Shown one piece after another: positions 37,827 to 50,127 of a DNA stretch of 64,000 bases. Position numbers and translations under genes: made by a program. The notes below the pieces were generated by a model. The model was not told the DNA's origin. It did no database searches and saw nothing but the letters and a program-made list of their open reading frames with translations. Position 1 is the first letter of the stretch. Every line of letters begins with the position of its first letter. The stretch comes from Squalus acanthias (lineage: Eukaryota), in contig CM059446.1 in assembly GCA_030390025.1 (NCBI GenBank), forward strand, positions 29,884,001 to 29,948,000, given 5' to 3'.

Positions 37827-40259
37827 ACGGTCTGAACCTGCAGCTATTTGTTCTGATAACCGGGGTGGTGTCGATACCGGACTGAAGTGACACCTGGACC
37901 ATCAAGAACTTGATCCGGACGAGCTCTGGGACAGGAAGTAGACTTCTTCCACCATCGGCAACTTACGGTGACAATTACGCCGCGGGGCACAGGATAAAGA
38001 ACCGATACGTGTGAGTAGTAAACATTTTATGAGGGTATAGCAGATAAAAAGTTATATGGTGTTTTAACGTGGCAGTGGCTGAAGACAACTGTACTAATCA
38101 TATAGTCCTCAATCTCTTATAGGCATCATAGAAAGGGGGAGGTTGTTGTAAGTGAGGAGATTGAAGACCGATCACCTCCAATAAAGGCCGAGTCCAAGAA
38201 GGAGAGGGCCGAGTGGAAAACAGCTGTCAAAATAAAAATGGATAACAATAATAAAGGAATATTATCGTGGATGTTGTGGGCAGAAGGTTATGTCCAAAAG
38301 CGCACTCGGGAAGAACCTTTTGAGGAGGGCAACAGTGACCCTTACAGGGACCTTAGGATGAAGTGTGATAAAGGCAGAGTCCAAGAAGGAGAGGGCCAAA
38401 CAGAGAACTATAAAGATAAAATGTTAAATGATAATAACGACGTACACTCATGGAGGGTGTGGGCTGTAGATTATAAAGGCAGGCAGGTGTTACACTGTGC
38501 AGCTCACGTTAGCACAGAACGTGGGCGACATAAGGGTTAACAACTATCAGAGAGAGGAAAGAGCGAGGGAAGAAGGAGGCTAGAAACCAGGAATGGTAAT
38601 CGAAGCTGTCTGCTCACCAAACTCCAGGCTCAGACTCTACAGGCAGAAGTAGAGAGATTGAAAAGCGAATCGGGTGCTGTACAGGCAGAACGGAGATTAG
38701 CCGCCAGCCAACGGTTGGAGACGCACCAGTTATGTGTCCAGCTGCAGAGTTCTTCAGAAACAATAACTAGGGAGAACTGAAGGATACTAAAATAGTTTAT
38801 CGAGAACTATGGAATTTGTCGCAGGAAAACAAGGATTGAGAGGTGGTGAGGCAGTGGAGGAGAGGAGAGACGGGGAAGAGAAGAGGATAAGAGAAAGATT
38901 AAAGAACTAAAAGTTAGAGTGTCAGCCTTGTCTGTTGGCACTCATGAGGAGGAATCCAGCAGTGACGATGACGAGGATGATCCAGTCCTCCCAGCAGCGC
39001 CCCCACAGTCCGGAAGATCACTGTAGGTGGAGGTCTCTGATGCCGAGCAGGGAGAAAATGATGCTTCCAGTATCAGTAGTAATGTAGGGAATGTCGACAA
39101 TTATACCCGGTCTTAAACAGGAGATAGTACGGGGTTGGGGGGGGGGCGGGGGGGGGTACACAGGTCTGTTAAGATGGCCCCCATAGATACCAAACACCTA
39201 CACACAGGAGGGATGACAAACAGGGAAAGTCAATTATTGTATGACTACAAAGATAAAGAAGCAAGTCGGGATCTGACCCTTTCAGAATGGTGCCAACTCA
39301 GTGGCCAATTGCCCAAATATGAGGGAATAGGAGACCCAACTCGGTTACCAAATAAAGTTCGATTGCGACAGCAGGCAGATGCCTCGACAGACGAGGATGC
39401 TGTTCTATGTTGCTGGCTGCCTTACCCCCAGGTGTGGCATTGCCTGAGCAGTTTGTGGCGTAAATAACAGCTAATAAAAACCCAGGGTTGAACACTTGAT
39501 GTGTAACAAAAGGGGTTCAGAAAAGGAGAAAGAAGTTAAAAAGCCCACAGCCAAAGTTAAAGAAATAGGATTGCTGTGAGGAAGAAATAGGATAAGTGTT
39601 TTCAGCATGGTTTTTTTCATTTTAAAAAAAGGGAAAAAGTTTCCGAGAGTGTGTGTGAATGTTTCTTGGCTGGCGACCAGGGAATATGACATAAATTTTG
39701 GCACTTTGAGTTCATAACCCATTGCAGGGATCAATGGAAGGAAAAATAGGAGAGACTGGTCACCTTCAATAGGGGCCAAATCCAAAGGGGAAAGAACCAG
39801 AGATAAGAAATCAGTGTCATTTTCGAGCAGTCCAGATGTGGACTCATATCAAAAGGCGACAGAATTAAGGGTGACGGACTCAAACAATGTAGAGAGGACC
39901 AGAGATAAGAAATTGTTAGAATCGTTAGAAATTGTATTTCTAAGTTGCATAAATGTGTGAATATAGTTGATTGGGCATGTTCATTTTAATTTAAGATTGT
40001 GCACCCAGAATTGGAAAAAAAACTCTGAACTACAATTTAAGTTAAAAACACTGGTGTGGAAAGACTGAGAAAAGCCCCCCAAAAAAGTTTGTTTAACAAA
40101 AGATAAGTTTCAGTCCAAGCTTCAGCCTTGAAGTTACGGTTGCCATGGTAGAAAATTAATTTGAACTTTTCAAAACATTGGACTAGAGTTAAAAAAATCT
40201 GATTAAAGACCCCGTGGTATTGTTTTAAATCAGTTTGAACAATTACAAAGCTTTGTTAT

Positions 40260-41150
40260 TGCAAGTCAACTGATGACACAAGGATAGGCGGCAATGTAAG
40301 CAATGTAGATAGAAGCATAAATTACAAAGAGAAAAATGGATTTTAATGTAGACAAATGTGAGGTCATCCACTTTGGACCTAAAAAGGATAGAACAGGACA
40401 GTACTTTCTAAATGGTGAAAAGCTAGAAACAGTGGAGGTCCAAAGAGACCTCCACTGATTTGATAGAGGTGTTCAAAATCATGAGGGGTCTAGACAGAGT
40501 AGATAGAGAGAAACTGTTCCCATTGGCAGAAGGGTTGAGAACCAGAGGACACAGATTTAAGGTGATTGGCAGAAGAACCAAAGGCGACATGAGGAAAAAC
40601 GTTTTTCGGCAGCGAGTGGTTATGATCTGGAATGCGCTGCCTGAAAGGGTGGTGGAGGCAGATTCAATCGTGGCTTTCAAAAAGGAATTGGATAAGTACC
40701 TGAAGGAAAAAAATTTGCAGGGCTACGGGGAAAGGGTGGGGGAGTGGGACTAGCTGAAGTGCTCTTGCAGAGAGTCAGCACGGGCTCGACAGGCCGAATG
40801 GCCTCCTTCTGTGCTGTAACCATTCTATGATTCTATGAGACTTGGGGATCCATGCACATAGATCATTAAAATCAGAAATAATCAAAAAGGCTAATGGAAT
40901 GCCGGCCTTTATATGTAGAAGACTAAAATACAAGGGGGTAGAAGTTATGCTACAGCTATGCAAAGCCCTGGTTAGACAACACCTTAGGAAGGATATGTTA
41001 GGCTTGGAAGAAGTGCAGAGATTTACCAGAATTCAAGGGTTGAATTAAGAGGAGAGATTACACAAACTATGGTGCTATTCCATGGAATTTCTTTTTAAAA
41101 AGGGGGAATATCAAGATATAAGGGGAACTGATAGGGTAGATGGAGAGAAA
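40260..41150 (+). mobile_element. Old CR1 fragment containing a younger CR1 3' end (about 40455-40836), nested in the ERV
   Basis: IEVFKIMRGLDRVDREKLFPL...WNALPERVVEA with CATTCTATGATTCTATGA tail; flanking degenerate KKANGM..LQLCKALVR. Confidence 0.8.
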
Positions 41151-41499
41151 TTTGCAGATTGATCACATTGACCAGAGTCAGAAGAATCAGAGGGTAACCA
41201 GTCCGTCTTGGTTATAAGTGACTGCTTTTCCAAATGAGGTTAATTAGCAAACATCAGAAATTGAAAATTGGTTTGAGGAAAAAAGGATAAGGTTATGATG
41301 GAATAAAGAAGGAGAAAGGGAAAGATTCTGTCCCATTTCTACTATTAAAATCTACAAGAGTTTAGTGTACTGCCTCTGTGAACAGCTTGTGTGAAGGTTT
41401 TAGTGCCACTGTGGTTCCGCCCCCGTTTCCCTTTTGTGTCAGAGTGTTAAAAGCTTTGTTTCACTGAAAGAACTATTTTTTTGCTCAGTTATATTCAAT

Positions 41500-42164
41500 G
41501 GGCTAAAAATTGAGTAGCGGCTCCCGTGATGGAAATTGAGTGGTTGCGCCCCAAGAGGGAAGCATCCCTCTTGGGGCGCTGCGAGGGAATATCGCGGTGC
41601 TATGGCGCTGCGGCACGTTGCGCTGCGGTATTGCAGGCCTTCCTCCCCTTCTTAAAGGGGAGGAGCCTTGCGCAGCGCGACCCAGGGCCCAGCTGGGCTC
41701 CCGGGAATCGGGAGTGCCGGCAAAAGAGCCCGGCACTCAAGAGAAGTGCCGGGCTCTTGGAGCGCAGCTGGCACTCCGCCGGGGGGGGGGGGGGGGGGGG
41801 GGCGGTTCGGGAGGCCGGGGACGGGAGGGCAGGCAGGTGCTGGCAGGCGGCCAGCAACAAAAATGGCCGCCCCGCACCTCGCCTTTAAATAGCGCCTCCC
41901 CGGTCGCAGGTAAGCCCCCTGACCCCGTCGGACATAGTGTCTGGCGGTAAGTCAGGGGGCGCTCCCAAAGATCACGGCCGGGGCGCGAGCGGGGCGCTGC
42001 GCACGGCGATGATGTCATCGCCGGCGGCGCAGCATCACGGGGCGCTACCGGTTAGCGCCGCCGCTAACCTCCCGCTGAATTTCGCAGGAGGCATGGGCGG
42101 CGCTGCGCCCGGGCGCTAGTTGCTTTGCGCCCCTGTTAGCGCAAAGCAACCCAATTTTCCCCCC
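41500..42164. mobile_element. Harbinger-type MITE, GC-rich
   Basis: TIRs GGGCTAAAAATTGAGT / ACCCAATTTTCCCCCC; AAT duplicated at 41497-41499 and 42165-42167. Confidence 0.75.
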
Positions 42165-42480
42165 AATATCTTTACAGTCATTTGGAAAGATACCTGAAGA
42201 AAGAAAAGGAAAGCTGTCATTTACTGTAAGCACGTGCGAGTTTGTTTTATTTTATCTGTTCTGTATTGTGTTTCGTCAATAAAATATTGCTCTGAATTAA
42301 ATTGGAACTATTGAGGTTTAACTAACCTATTAAATGGTGAAAACCTGATTTTCATTGTGGCCACAGTGAAATTCTGGTTATTTTAAATAGTGTGGGGGGT
42401 CTCTCGTTCCAGACATGAGGCTTTCACATTGAGAAAAAAGAGGAAGACATCCTATAGTTTGAAGAGAATTGGTTCACAGA

Positions 42481-43211
42481 GACCCTGAATTTCTGATCGG
42501 AGGCTTCCTGCAGGCAAATCCCTCCGATTGGAAAAAAATCTACGAACCTACCTGCTGGTTCTGTAGATCCCGAGGTTTCCGCTCCTGGGCCTCTCCTCTT
42601 GGAAATGCGCAGAGGCCCAGGTATACCAGTGGCGCAGGCGGTTCGCAAGCGCCCCTGGGATCACGTGGGCCACGTGAACCAATGGAAGAAGGGAATCCCC
42701 CTTCATACATTTGGCAGCTCCGTACGCACGGAACTGTCAAAAGTATGAATGGGGATCACATTTAAAAACACACTAAAACATTAAATACATTTTTTAAAAG
42801 CATTACCTAATTAAAATTCCATTGAATTAAATATTTTAAACAAAAATTTAAAAAAATGAAATGTTTTTACGGGGCTAAAAAATAAACTCACTTTTTGAAG
42901 AGTATTTTAAATTTATAAATGAGTTATCAAATTTCATTTTTCTATATTTTAACACTCTTAAGCTGGTGAAAGCAGGCCTTACTCCTGCTTTTACCGGGCG
43001 TAAGAATTCCACGGCCTTTCAGCGGACGGACGTTATGCAAAAAGCGCGACTCTCCACCCGCAGAGGCCCTTTTCTTGGGCATGTGGACGGTCTGTTCCTG
43101 ACAGATCGCAAGTGCCGGTTTTCAGCGTGTGCGCTTCGCATGCCTAAACCCGGAACTTACGCGGTCCCTACGCACCTCGTACACACCCGAGTGGGTCGGA
43201 AAATCCGACCC
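42481..43211. mobile_element. Probable Harbinger-type MITE
   Basis: Degenerate TIRs GACCCTGAATTTCTGATC / GGTCGGAAAATCCGACCC; AGA on both flanks. Confidence 0.55.
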
Positions 43212-44018
43212 AGAATGTTTGAAGTTAATAATGATGTTGATAACGATTTTTGCTGGTTTTAACTGATTTTTAATTCATACGGATAGATAACATGTTTGTA
43301 CCTTTGTGCCATGTTTTAAAAATTGGAACTAAAGGAAAAAGCTGAAATTTATTTATGAATTTATTTGCATCAGGAAATTTTGTGCAAGTTATAAAAGGTA
43401 CAAAGACTGAAGGAAAAAAATATATGAAAAAGATGGCGTTTGGTTGTTTGGGAAAGTTTTCTTAAATTTACGTGAAGTGACGCAATGGCGTCTGACAATG
43501 TATTGCTCCGTCTTCTTAAACCTGCAAAGAAGCTAACCCTTTCTGCTGACAGCTGTTTTTTTTTAATTCAGCAAGGAACCACCTTTGTATTGCTGGATGT
43601 AAATCTATTTGGGCCATTATTAAATTTTAGTTTCTTAATTTGAGTGGATATTTCCCCATGGTGACAGAAACAAGTTATGAATTGCCAAATTAACCCCTTG
43701 GGCTCTTAAGCAGAGCCACAATGGATTCTCTGTTTCTTTTTTCTTATAAAACAGGGGATCACGATTTCCTGGAGGTTGATGGCATAGCCAGAGATCTAGC
43801 AGTTTTAAGAATTTATCTCCAGTTATCTGCAGACATCGAAAGTCGCAGCGTGGTGACAAAATTGGACTTAAGACGTTAACCTATTGGGTTAAATTATTGG
43901 GATCGATTGTTATTTTCCAAGACACATTGCTCGAAGGGAAGATAAACAACTTGCATCCAAACGCAATTGTTACTTTTGTCTTCTTTGTAAAATCACAAAG
44001 TCAACAAAGAATTGAAGT

Positions 44019-44807
44019 CAACCTTGGAAAGTGTACTGGATAGTAGAGTCTATTGAAGAGAGTAAAGACTTTGGAATAAGCCCGATACATAAACAATATA
44101 AAGAATACCCAAGCCATCTGACAAAGAACACCGGAACTTGGATAGCACCGGACATAGAGTGCTGCACCCTAAACAGGACCACTTGAGTTTGTAGGTGTGA
44201 TGTGGTACAAAGACATACCACGCCAGCCTGTGGGTTTATAATTGATGAGGAATCACACAATTGTAAGAAGAGTCAAAGACTCTGGGAAGAGGGACGGACT
44301 AAATAGCCTACAGAGGCGAGGAAAGATACTGTGAGACCACCACAGCTGCTTTTATGACTGTTGGATTAACAAGATTCCGTGTGTTTCCGGCTGGGAAAAA
44401 AACAAATCAGTGTTAAAACATTGGTGCCGGCACAACATCATAATGTGACCCACCTACAAGTGAGGAGTTGGAGAATGAGACGATGCAAGCAGCCTCACAC
44501 AATGGACATTAGATGCCCCCTCTAGCCCTCAGTTTGAAATCCATAATCTACAGAATGAACACCTCGCATATGCTGCAAAATAATAAACAAATAGAGCAGG
44601 CAATTAAGAAACTAGGAAATCCTGAATGGTGTGGAGTTACACCCATGGGTTAGATTATTTCAGATGGGATTGGTGATAGCCCAGATAATAGTATTAGGGA
44701 TCCTGGACATTGCATTATGTCGCGTGAGGAAATCGATGAGGGATACAGAATATATCAGGAAAGGTAAGGAGATAGCAAGGGCACTAAGGGGAAGCCAGGA
44801 TTATTAA
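44019..44807 (+). pseudogene. env-like glycoprotein remnant (Cys-rich ectodomain, heptad-like helix, TM, cytoplasmic tail)
   Basis: Manual translation gives WIAPDIECCTLNRTT*VCRCD...ACGF...HNC, AYRGEERYCETTT, HMLQNNKQIEQAIKKLGNPEW, and HPWVRLFQMGLVIAQIIVLGILDIALCRVRK...DY*, with stops and frameshifts, just upstream of the 3' LTR. Confidence 0.6.
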
Positions 44808-44882
44808 AGACAAAGAAGAATATCAAACACTTTGCTAAGAGGTAATGTAACCCATCGGGAAAAAAATAAAACAAGTAGGACA

Positions 44883-45370
44883 TGTTGGCATCTGGAACTC
44901 GGTTAATTCAGCTTCTGAACGGTGTTCATGTTTAGTTCATTCGATAGAGGGAAAAATGTGGTTGGTATCATTGGAGAGAGAGACACGGATTTCACTCAGC
45001 AACAGCTGGTGTTTGCAACCAACTGGCCTTGGATATTTTACCACAGCAAGGCCACGATGTTTTTGTGTGCTTCCAGCGTTGTTGATGTGTGTTGAAGAAA
45101 ATGCAGACTTGCGTCTCTGCAGGAGCCAGAGATGACCATATTAGGCAATGCCTGCCCCAGTTTGATAAGGAAACAGTGTATAAATGTCAGCCTTTTCTTT
45201 TGTTCGGAGAGCACGGGGATATCCATGCCCAGGTACATGTGCTCCATCTGTGACTATACTCTGCTTGTAAATTGCTTTTTATGCTGAAGTTAAAGAATAA
45301 CATGATTAGAAACAGAAGACTGAATTTGTTACTGCTCAAGTGAACAAACAGAACTTTGTTTAAGACAACA
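44883..45370 (+). repeat. 3' LTR
   Basis: TGTTGGCA...AGACAACA, preceded by purine-rich GGGAAAAAATAAAACAAGTAGGA. Confidence 0.92.
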
Positions 45371-46652
45371 GTTGGGTATTCTGCGGCGAGTGTCTCACCT
45401 CCTAACTCCCCAAAGCCTTTCCACTATCTACAAGTTACAAGTCAGGAGTGTGATGGAATACTCTCCACTTCCCTGGATGAGTGCAGCTCCAACAGCACTC
45501 AAAAATCTCAACCACCATCCAGGACAAAGCAGCCCGCTTGATCGGCACCCCATCCACCACCTTAAACATTCACTCCCTCCACCATCGGCGTATCGTGGTT
45601 GCAGTGTGTACCATCTACAAGATGCACTGCAGCAACTCGCCAAGGCTCCTTCGACAGCACCTCCCAAACCTGCGACCTCTACCACCTAGATGGACAAGGA
45701 CAGCAGGCGCATGGGAACACCACCACCTCCAAGCTCCCCTCCAAGTCACACAATATCCTGACTGGAAATATATCGGCCGTTCCTTCACTGTCGCTGGGTC
45801 AAAAACCTGGAACTCGCTACCTAACAGCACTGTGGGAGTACCTTCACCACACGGACTGCAGCGGTTCAGGAAGGTGGCTCAGCACCACCTTCTCAAGGGC
45901 AATTAGGGATGGGCAATAAATGCTGGCCTTGCCAGGGACGCCCACTTCCCGTAAATGAATAAAAAAAGATAATCGGTTTTAGTGATGTTGGTTGAGGGAT
46001 AAATATTGGCCAGGACACAAGGAAGAACTCCCCTGCTCTATGAACCCACAACCTTCTGACTCAGAGGCGAGAGTGTTACTAACTGAGCCACGGCTGACAC
46101 CTTCAGCAATGCCCTGATAAGCTTAACCATGAACGTGAATGAGTAACTGCAAGTCATGGAAGGTCCAAGCTACCAGCAGCAGGCAGGGGGACGGGTGAGT
46201 GACGTCTCATTGGCCAGTTATTCCGGTGAGCTCGGTACTATTTCTTTCTATTGATCATATTTACAATGATGGAGTTACTTTTTGCTTTAGTTGTTTAGGT
46301 TTTACAGAGAGCTTGATTGGGCCAGTTTTCTGAGTAATGATTCCTCAACTCGTGCAGCCGTTAGGCCAGGCTTCCTCCTCAGAAAATCTGCCCTTCCACC
46401 TCCTCGGATATTAAATATTAAAAATTGATTCACTTTTAATAAATCTTGCAGTCAGCCATTCTTTTATTATTTTCTGCCCAAATAAAAGACTGGGAAATAT
46501 ATTAAAAGTGAACTCATTTTATTGATTTGTGCAGTGCTAGTGGGGTTGGTGTTAATTGGTTTTGCCGGTGCCTTTACCTGTTGCGTGTCATGAGGCTCCT
46601 GTGCTGCTTGTGTATGTGTCCTGCTACTACAGCACACACAAAGCAGAGGCAC

Positions 46653-47106
46653 NNNNNNNNNNNNNNNNNNNNNNNNNNNNNNNNNNNNNNNNNNNNNNNN
46701 NNNNNNNNNNNNNNNNNNNNNNNNNNNNNNNNNNNNNNNNNNNNNNNNNNNNNNNNNNNNNNNNNNNNNNNNNNNNNNNNNNNNNNNNNNNNNNNNNNNN
46801 NNNNNNNGAGNNNNNNNNNNNNNNNNNNNNNNNNNNNNNNNNNNNNNNNNNNNNNNNNNNNNNNNNNNNNNNNNNNNNNNNNNNNNNNNNNNNNNNNNNN
46901 NNNNNNNNNNNNNNNNNNNNNNNNNNNNNNNNNNNNNNNNNNNNNNNNNNNNNNNNTAGGAGGGAGNNNNNNNNNNNNNNNNNNNNNNNNNNNNNNNNNN
47001 NNNNNNNNNNNNNNNNNNNNNNNNNNNNNNNNNNNNNNNNNNNNNNNNNNNNNNNNNNNNNNNNNNNNNNNNNNNNNNNNNNNNNNNNNNNNNNNNNNNN
47101 NNNNNN
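46653..47106. other. Assembly gap (N run with two tiny called islands)
   Basis: Ns directly visible. Confidence 0.99.
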
Positions 47107-47166
47107 CTGCTTACCAATGGATTGATTGATTTCAATGGAGAGTAGAATTGGGCTGGGTGTAAATTG

Positions 47167-47643
47167 GGAACGGTAGCATAGTAGTTATTTTAGTGGGCTA
47201 GTAATCTAGAGGCCTGGACTAATGATCCGGAGACATGAGTTCAAATCCCACCAGCTGGGGAATTTAAATTCAGTTGATTAAATAAACCTGGAATAAAAAG
47301 CTAGTATCAGTAATGGTGATCCATGAAACTATCGGATTGTCATAAAAACCCATCGGGTTCACTAATGTCCTTTAGGGAAGGAAATCTGCCGTCTTACCCT
47401 GGTCTGGCCGATATGTGACTCCAGACCCACAGCAATGTGGTTGACTCTTAACTGCCCTCTGAAATGGCCTAGCAAGCCACTCAGTTGTACCAAACCATTA
47501 CAAAGAAGTCTCACTATGGGAGTACCTTCACTACAGCAGTTCAAGAAGGTGGCTCACCACCACCTTCTCAAGGGCAATTAGGGATGGGCAATAAATGCTG
47601 GTTTTGCCAGCGACGCCCACATCCTGTGAACTAATTAAAAAAA
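47167..47643 (+). mobile_element. Non-autonomous SINE-like derivative of LINE family B (5' UTR joined to 3' tail)
   Basis: First about 330 bp match 35725-36045; last about 125 bp match 45835-45960. Confidence 0.8.
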
Positions 47644-47929
47644 TCCAGCGTTGCAGCCAATCTCGTCAGTCTCCCAATGGGCAGGTTAGATTAAAACTGC
47701 CCCAAAACCTCCCACAGTGTGGGTGCCTGTGCTGGTGCCTGTTTCAATGTGAATGATGACAATTGGTGCTGTGGTAAGTAATGCTCTTCAGGTTTGGCTC
47801 AGGAGTAACCTCACTGTGATGGGAGCAGTTGGTACCGATGAATAAATAAACATACTTATCCGTTTGGTTACTGCATTCTTACCTATGAGTACTATTATAT
47901 ATGGGTATGCTGTTGTAACACTGCAAATC

Positions 47930-48295
47930 ATAGAATACTGGGATAATCTCATAATTACCAAGAGGAAATGTAATAGCGGTTTTTAAAATTATGAAGGGTT
48001 TTAATAGTCATTCTGTACACTCTACCCCCTCTGGCTGGGCAATTAGTGATGAGAGGTCATCAATTTAAGATGGTCATTAAGAGAGCAGGGAGAGATTTAC
48101 AACAAATTTCATTATGTAGAGGGATTTGGATCATGGGATGCTTGTCACAGGGAGTGGTTGAGGCACAGACCATTGCATCATTTCAGATCCAGGGCTATGG
48201 GGAGAGAATGGGGCAGTGGGATTAGTTTGGATTGCTCTAGCAAAGAGCCTGCACAACATGACGGGCTGAGTGGCCTCCTTCTGGCTGTACACATT
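47930..48295 (+). mobile_element. Old CR1 3' fragment
   Basis: TTTAAAATTATGAAGGG...AGAGGTCATCAATTTAAG...GGGCTGAGTGGCCTCCTTCTG tail. Confidence 0.55.
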
Positions 48296-48767
48296 GATGA
48301 CCCTGTGAAGTACTGCACTCTCCAACAACTGCTGCAGCTGTGTGCCTTCAAACGCTGCCTCCCAAACAGCTCAACAGTACCTCGTTCATGAGGACTGAGC
48401 TGTTTCGCATCTGTACATCTTCCATCTGTTCCTGGCTGTGACCTCCAGTCATATACAAGTTTATTTTGAAACATAAAAGCAGTGGGGATTGAGGCTGTGT
48501 GAGTTAGCCCGGGGTGCAGCAAACGATCTTCCTCATCATGGCGATGGGATCATCGCATAATCTGCATAACCCTGTTATTTACATTCATGCTTTCTTACTT
48601 GATCCATCCTGCACCAGTTTAGCATTTTTTGCATAGATCTTTAGTGACTATTACTGCTTTTTGTGCTGCGATTTCACAGTAAATATTTATGCTTCACCTT
48701 TGTGCTCTTTTTTAGGTTCATCCCTTCCTCCATGCCTCCCATCAGATCCTCAGAGCACTGACACTGA

Positions 48768-49183
48768 GGTGTCAGCCGTGGCTCAGTGGGTAGCTCTCTC
48801 GCCTCTATGAGTCAGAAGGTTATGGGATCAAGTCCTACTCCCGAGACTTAAGCACAAATATCTAGGCGTACACTGCTGAGGGAGTGCAGCAGAGTCAGAG
48901 GTGCCGTCTTTCAGATGAGACGTTAAACCGAGACCGTGGTGGACGTAAAAGATCCCATGGCCACTCTTCAAAGAAAAGCAAGAGAGATCTCCTCAGTGTC
49001 CTGGTCAATATTTATGTCTCAATCAACAACACTAAAACAGATTATCCAGTCATTTATCACTTTGCTGTTTGTGGGAGCTTGCTGTGCACAAATTGGCTGC
49101 CTCATTTCCTACATTACGACAGTGACTACGCTTCAAAAGTACTTCATTGGCTGTAAAGCACTTTGGGACGTCCTGAGGTCGTG
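48768..49183 (+). mobile_element. Deu-domain SINE, near full length
   Basis: GGTGTCAGCCGTGGCTCAGTGGGTAGC head, GGTGCCGTCTTTCAGATGAGACGTTAAACCGAG core, shared tail. Confidence 0.8.
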
Positions 49184-50127
49184 CTGATGGAGACACGACA
49201 TGTTGGCCTCCAACTGCCCAACGAGATCAACTGCACTGACCAGATTTCTCACCATATCTCTCAATCCCTTCTGCCTTCACAAACGCATCAAATTGTCTAT
49301 TTTTAATGTATGCTACAATCACATTTCACAGTAACTTATTCCATAACTTTACAGCCCTGGAATTCCGTGGGGCTGTAAATCTCTCCCGCCCTAACTTCAG
49401 GACAACACTGGCGGAAGTCCCAGGAAAATGAGGTGAATGGGGTTTCACTGGTTACCGTGGGAGACCAGGAGAATCTCCGTGCAATTTCAGGATCTATTAC
49501 CCTTTGAGGAAAAGTTCCACTTGGCGTTTCGCCCTTCTACTAACTTGCTGATCTTTAACTTGTGTCCCCTGGTATTTGAAACCTTTCCCAAAGTGAACAT
49601 TTTGCCTGCATCGACTTATGTCAATTGACCTTCAACATCTGCAAAATTTCAGTGGATCATCTTATGGATATTTTAGTGCAGATGTTTCTCTGTAATTAAA
49701 TCTAGCTCCTTGGCGGGGGGGGGAAACATCTGGCAGGGAGCCATTCATCTATGTCTCCGCGTCACTTGATGCCGTTTCCGCAATCTCCCGCGGGGAGTAA
49801 TGTTGGGTGTACAATACGTTCAGTCACGTGTGAGCTAGCACTGCAATTCATCACTAATGACAACACCTTCATGTGGTATATTTCTTGCCATTTGCAACAT
49901 AATAAGGCTGGGCTTTAGTGTGGTCCTAGTCTTCAGCGTTGCTCAGATTTAACTTGAAAGGCCTGCCTTGCTCAGTTGGAAATGATAATCTATTTTTGTA
50001 AAGTTTGCAATGTTTTCCCCTGCGAGGGTTGCTGGTCATACTGCGCTGTGACAAGCCCTGCCACGATTGCTCTCCCCCTCGCACCCAAAGCATGTTCTGA
50101 CCGCAGCGGCCCCAGGAAAGCGACTGG

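Larger units (their letters stand above)
37322..45370 (+). mobile_element. Endogenous retrovirus / LTR element with two LTRs, degenerate and apparently lacking pol
   Basis: Direct repeats of about 490 bp; GTTGG TSD at 37317-37321 and 45371-45375; PBS at 37815; env-like remnant near the 3' LTR. Confidence 0.9.
35725..45968 (+). mobile_element. LINE family B with intact 5' end (tRNA-like head, endonuclease, internally deleted RT), split by the ERV into 35725-37321 and 45371-45968
   Basis: PKLGELSHR.VKQQPDIIILTESYL, HRQDRP.RGGG, YRPP endonuclease motifs; AGVPQGSVLGPTIF, MFADNC; sequence continues across the ERV as ACAAGAG-GTTGG-GTATTCTGCGG. Confidence 0.85.
35590..46101 (-). mobile_element. Deu-domain SINE split into 35590-35724 and about 45969-46101 by LINE B and ERV insertions
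   Basis: ...ACAAACAACAATGTGATA | ATAATCGGTTTTAGTGATGTTGGTTGAGGGATAAATATTGGCC joins into the SINE sequence seen contiguous at 34230-34300. Confidence 0.65.

Noticed and set aside
41500-42164. CpG island / promoter
   Set aside because: Bounded by TIRs and a TSD, so it is a MITE inside an ERV.
46467-47135. ORFs of about 200 aa
   Set aside because: They span the N gap.
49348-49379. Hairpin TTTACAGCCC...GGGCTGTAAA as a terminator
   Set aside because: Short, in a eukaryotic context, and probably a transposon-end relic.
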